30,014 nucleotides of DNA from positions 1-30,014 of IMG/VR virus record IMGVR_UViG_3300043394_000287; one strand, given 5' to 3'. The stretch comes from a virus (lineage: Duplodnaviria; Caudoviricetes). This document shows, piece by piece, positions 26,673 through 30,014 of the stretch; the stretch's first letter is position 1, and each line of letters opens with the position of its first letter. The notes beneath the pieces are model-generated. The model was not told the origin of the DNA. It saw only the letters and a program-made list of their open reading frames with translations, and made no database searches. The position numbers and the translations under genes are program-made.

Positions 26673-27175
26673 TCATCACCTAAAAGGGAAATTCTTTGAA
26701 CATGAGCTACGATCTCAGCAACTGTTTGAATGCGATGATGCTCAGGTTTGATTGATTGGATTGCATCCCAAGCATTGCCGTCAAAGCCTTCAATCTTGAC
26801 CAATGCTTTTTTAGCCGTTTCAGCATATACACGATTGAGATAACCTTGATATTGAGCAAGAGCATTCTTCTCTTGATCAGATAAAGAGTCTTGCCAGTAT
26901 GCTCGCTTTTTTTGATCATCAGGTTGTTCAACAAAAAGCATTCTTCCAAGCTCTGATCTAGTATATGCACCAGCCTTAATCTCAATCTCTTCTCTATCAG
27001 ACGGAGAGAGTGGCTTAATAAAGAAGTAGGTTGGAGCTTGATCTTGCTTGATCTTGAGAGAGTCAAAATCTCCTTGAAGATAAGCGGTGACTTCGGCTGA
27101 TGTCATATCTAAAGCTGGATCACAAGAAACAGCAATTTTAATCTCAATATTTGTGGTTGTGCTGAATTTTAGCAT
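26663..27175 (-). CDS. Tail assembly chaperone (gpG-like)
   Basis: Lies between tail tube and tape measure; ends ...GEGK-type G GGA AAA TAG. Confidence 0.8.
   Translation of the reverse strand: MLKFSTTTNIEIKIAVSCDPALDMTSAEVTAYLQGDFDSLKIKQDQAPTYFFIKPLSPSDREEIEIKAGAYTRSELGRMLFVEQPDDQKKRAYWQDSLSDQEKNALAQYQGYLNRVYAETAKKALVKIEGFDGNAWDAIQSIKPEHHRIQTVAEIVAHVQRISLLGDEGK
26666..26672 (-). other. Programmed -1 ribosomal frameshift site GGGAAAA
   Basis: In-frame X XXY YYZ heptamer immediately before the stop codon. Confidence 0.85.
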
Positions 27176-27176
27176 C

Positions 27177-28469
27177 TTAAATTCCTAGTGCAATTCTCAC
27201 CGGTGAGTTGGCTGGCTGTGTTGTACCTACATCACCACCGAATCGGCTTTGCTTGTAGGTTAAGGCTTGCTTAACGATTTCACCGGCTACATCATATTTA
27301 TTTGGATCAACGGTCAAATATCCTGCAGGGATGAATAAAGCCATGCCTTTGCCATCACCAACAGGACCCGTTCCTATTAACACTTGACGGATAACTCTAT
27401 CTGAAAAATCTGATGCTAAAGTTGTATTTGCAGATGATAATGTCAAGGTGCATTCAACATCAACGGTTGAAACCTCCATATCAGACATGCCAAGAATTGA
27501 ATTTGAGTGGCCTTTAGGTGTCAAAGTATTGGCAATGTTAAATGTAAAGCCTTCAGCATCTAAGGCAATTCTTGAAAGCTCTTCACCTGTTGTGCCAACT
27601 ACATTGGTTCTTGAATAAGTGACAGCATCAGAAACAACAGCATAAGCATTTCTAAAATGTTGAGTTGCACCACTTAAAACAACTGGTTCAATTGGTCCAC
27701 TTGCATTGCCATGGTCATCTTGAATTAAGGCAGCTTGAAAAGTAAATTCACCCATCACACGACCAGCACTTACAGAAATATTTAAGCTTGCAAGCTTGCA
27801 ACCATAGGCATAGCTACGGAAACCAACGCCGTCAACTCTAAAGCATAGAGATGAAACCACTTGACCGCTTGAAGTACCATAAGGCACATACCAAGTTTGC
27901 ATGGGATAAATAGCGGTTGGATTTGCACTAAATGCAGGAGAAACCCCAATCTTGCCAGCACCACCACGATTATTGGCTGTCACTGATGAATATTCGCAAC
28001 GACCATTGATGAGAGAAGAAACAACACCGCCAATCTTATAGTTTGTGTTGGTAGTTGTTGGAGTAAAGACATTCTCATCATCAGCTGTTACTGTATCGCT
28101 AGAAGTAAAGCCGGCGAGATTGGTAAGAAAGCCAGCATTTAAGAGCTTGCCTAAGCCGGTTGATGCATAGGTATTTGCACCACTTCCAACGGTGGTAAAA
28201 TCGATAGTGACTTGTACTTGACCGGTGCGTCTTTGTACTCGACTTGATCCACTCCAAACAGTATCAGGTTCAGGAGGCAAGCCATGTGGGCCGTCTCTTG
28301 TTTCAAGTCTTTCATTTGCAACAACATCACCATAAATGACTACTGGATCTCTTTCACATGGTAAAGAGATGAAAGACAAGCCACTGAAATCAGGCAAGCC
28401 AGTTGATGATGATAAACTTCCAAAAGTTGCTTCAGTTGCTACTGATAGCGATCTGTGAGTGACTGTCAT
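27177..28469 (-). CDS. Major tail tube protein
   Basis: GGAGG SD; S/T/G-rich beta protein upstream of the chaperones. Confidence 0.75.
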   Translation of the reverse strand: MTVTHRSLSVATEATFGSLSSSTGLPDFSGLSFISLPCERDPVVIYGDVVANERLETRDGPHGLPPEPDTVWSGSSRVQRRTGQVQVTIDFTTVGSGANTYASTGLGKLLNAGFLTNLAGFTSSDTVTADDENVFTPTTTNTNYKIGGVVSSLINGRCEYSSVTANNRGGAGKIGVSPAFSANPTAIYPMQTWYVPYGTSSGQVVSSLCFRVDGVGFRSYAYGCKLASLNISVSAGRVMGEFTFQAALIQDDHGNASGPIEPVVLSGATQHFRNAYAVVSDAVTYSRTNVVGTTGEELSRIALDAEGFTFNIANTLTPKGHSNSILGMSDMEVSTVDVECTLTLSSANTTLASDFSDRVIRQVLIGTGPVGDGKGMALFIPAGYLTVDPNKYDVAGEIVKQALTYKQSRFGGDVGTTQPANSPVRIALGI

Positions 28470-28470
28470 G

Positions 28471-28926
28471 TCAATCCTCCAAATAGAGTAAAGTAAAAGG
28501 TAAAATTAAAAGATAGCCTACTTGAGAAGGATCATTTTGAATTTCTTGAGTAGTGGCTTGATTAGGTATTAAAGAAACGATACCAGTTGATGAAAAATCA
28601 TAATCAGGTTGTTTCAATGTGTCGATCAGCTTGCTTGAATCTTCAGCGATCATTCTTTCAAGTAAGCCTCGATCTCCTCCAATATCATATCTTATTCTCA
28701 AAGATAGCTCAATTCTCTTTCTACCACTGATGCCAGCTTGACCATCATCTTGAGCAAGTGCATTGAAAGCAATATCAAACAAGCGATTTTGATTTGATCT
28801 GCTCTCAAGTGATAGCGTGTTTCCTTGAGCATCTTTGATACATACAAAATGATGATAGACATCCGTCTTTGGCGTGATAGACTCAATACGATCTATGAGA
28901 TGATCTAGTGCTTCATATATGCCCAT
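28471..28926 (-). CDS. Tail terminator/completion protein (putative)
   Basis: GGAG SD; 151 aa; synteny before the tail tube. Confidence 0.55.
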   Translation of the reverse strand: MGIYEALDHLIDRIESITPKTDVYHHFVCIKDAQGNTLSLESRSNQNRLFDIAFNALAQDDGQAGISGRKRIELSLRIRYDIGGDRGLLERMIAEDSSKLIDTLKQPDYDFSSTGIVSLIPNQATTQEIQNDPSQVGYLLILPFTLLYLED

Positions 28927-28927
28927 G

Positions 28928-29437
28928 TTATTCTCCAAGTAAATTTGCTTTAACGATTTGCACAAGTTGATCAACCTCTTTATCAGCCAAACCAATAAAG
29001 CCACGATCTTTATTAACAGCATAACCATAATCTTGCACAGGTGGCAAAAGACCAATAGTGAATTTTGTGTTGGTTGCGTCAAGCACTACAAAGTTTTGCA
29101 TCATCATCCCTGATAAAGTTAAATCAATGGAGGCTGTTTGACCTTCAATCGCATTTGATCGCTTGCGAGATTTTTCTTTATATTCAGCATAACCACCTGC
29201 AAAAAACATTGAGTTAGGTTTTTTAATCCCACGCTTTGGCTTTAATCTTTTGTAGGTTGTTGATTTATATCCAATGTAAATAGGCTTTGTTGAGTATGCC
29301 TTAAACTTGCTTAAATTATAATCCAAGCCTTTGTAAATTCTGATCTTGATAATTGCCAAGATATCTTGAGCAATTCCCTTCATCATGGTTTTAGTCAGAT
29401 TTAAAGGTGGCAAGTTTAGGCTGATAGTTGCTTTCAT
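28928..29437 (-). CDS. Neck/tail completion protein (virion morphogenesis-like)
   Basis: Basic protein with DLTLSGMM and RGFIGL motifs; synteny. Confidence 0.6.
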   Translation of the reverse strand: MKATISLNLPPLNLTKTMMKGIAQDILAIIKIRIYKGLDYNLSKFKAYSTKPIYIGYKSTTYKRLKPKRGIKKPNSMFFAGGYAEYKEKSRKRSNAIEGQTASIDLTLSGMMMQNFVVLDATNTKFTIGLLPPVQDYGYAVNKDRGFIGLADKEVDQLVQIVKANLLGE

Positions 29438-30014
29438 TTACCATCTCATATTTCTTGAAGGGATAAACTGAGCTTCATACTCTCCAACTGATCGACCGGC
29501 AAAGTTGCCACGAATATCAGAGCTTGCACTTACTCGCTGATTGTTCTCAGTAGTTTGGATAATCCCATCTGTGTTGAGATCAAGGCTGATTGTTTTCATA
29601 GAAAGATCAGCAAGCTCAATCCCTCTTGCTCTCATCTTCTCGCTTAAATCGATATTGCCATTAAGCTCATGGATGCGAGCAATCGCAAGATAGGAATGAG
29701 CTTGCAATAAATCATGTGAATTGTGTATATCATCTTCATCAACTTCTCTCGGTACAATTAAATCTCTTACATATAAAGCAAGCTCATCAAGTGCTGATGA
29801 TATTTGCTCTTCAAAGCCGTTTGCCCGTCTAGGTGCTAGATCAGCAATATGAGGAAAAATTGAGCATAACTTATTATGATCTAAGCCTGTATCAAAAGGA
29901 CGAGGCACAACCTTTAAACTTCCCTTTTCAACTCTATTGATCGTTTGTGTACCTTCGCTTTGTACATACTCAACAGCATAAGCGATTGTTTGCTTAGATG
30001 CTGTTACATTGGAG
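29438..30014 (-). CDS. Head-tail adaptor-like protein, 5'-truncated
   Basis: The frame stays open from 29908 to the window edge (SNVTASKQTIAYAVEY...); helical C-terminal domain; synteny. Confidence 0.5.
   Translation of the reverse strand, partial: SNVTASKQTIAYAVEYVQSEGTQTINRVEKGSLKVVPRPFDTGLDHNKLCSIFPHIADLAPRRANGFEEQISSALDELALYVRDLIVPREVDEDDIHNSHDLLQAHSYLAIARIHELNGNIDLSEKMRARGIELADLSMKTISLDLNTDGIIQTTENNQRVSASSDIRGNFAGRSVGEYEAQFIPSRNMRW

Noticed and set aside
542-28886. Short antisense or nested ORFs in the track (e.g. 542..766, 5207..5590, 6217..6633, 23968..24282, 26707..27066)
   Set aside because: They overlap well-supported genes and show no recognisable motifs, so they are treated as shadow ORFs.
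1-30014. Stop-codon reassignment or prophage/integration features
   Set aside because: Code 11 gives dense, full-length genes ending in TAA, TAG and TGA. No integrase, att site or host genes are visible.

Overview
About 30 kb of an AT-rich, tailed dsDNA phage, probably a siphovirus since a tail tube and tape measure are present and no sheath is seen. The minus-strand left arm carries SSB, terminase small and large subunits, a DUF1599/Nmad1-like protein and two tandem paralogous amino-DNA methyltransferases. The middle carries thyX, a lytic transglycosylase, dCMP deaminase, a PAPS-reductase-family gene, an iteron-containing initiator fused to a DnaC-like loader, a Cro-like HTH, DnaB and a RecT-like annealase. 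The minus-strand right arm carries head-tail connectors, tail tube, tail chaperones with a GGGAAAA -1 frameshift, tape measure, tail-tip proteins, a repetitive fibre, three small paralogous beta-rich proteins, an M15 peptidase endolysin, a holin-like protein and a class II RNR (nrdJ). The most unexplained element is a 240-nt non-coding gap (5892-6133). It holds three sequence-different but architecturally similar stem-loop units and shares a TAAACACA motif with other intergenic sites, so it is a candidate small-RNA or ssDNA-structure array. All calls come from motif recognition by eye; no database searches were run.
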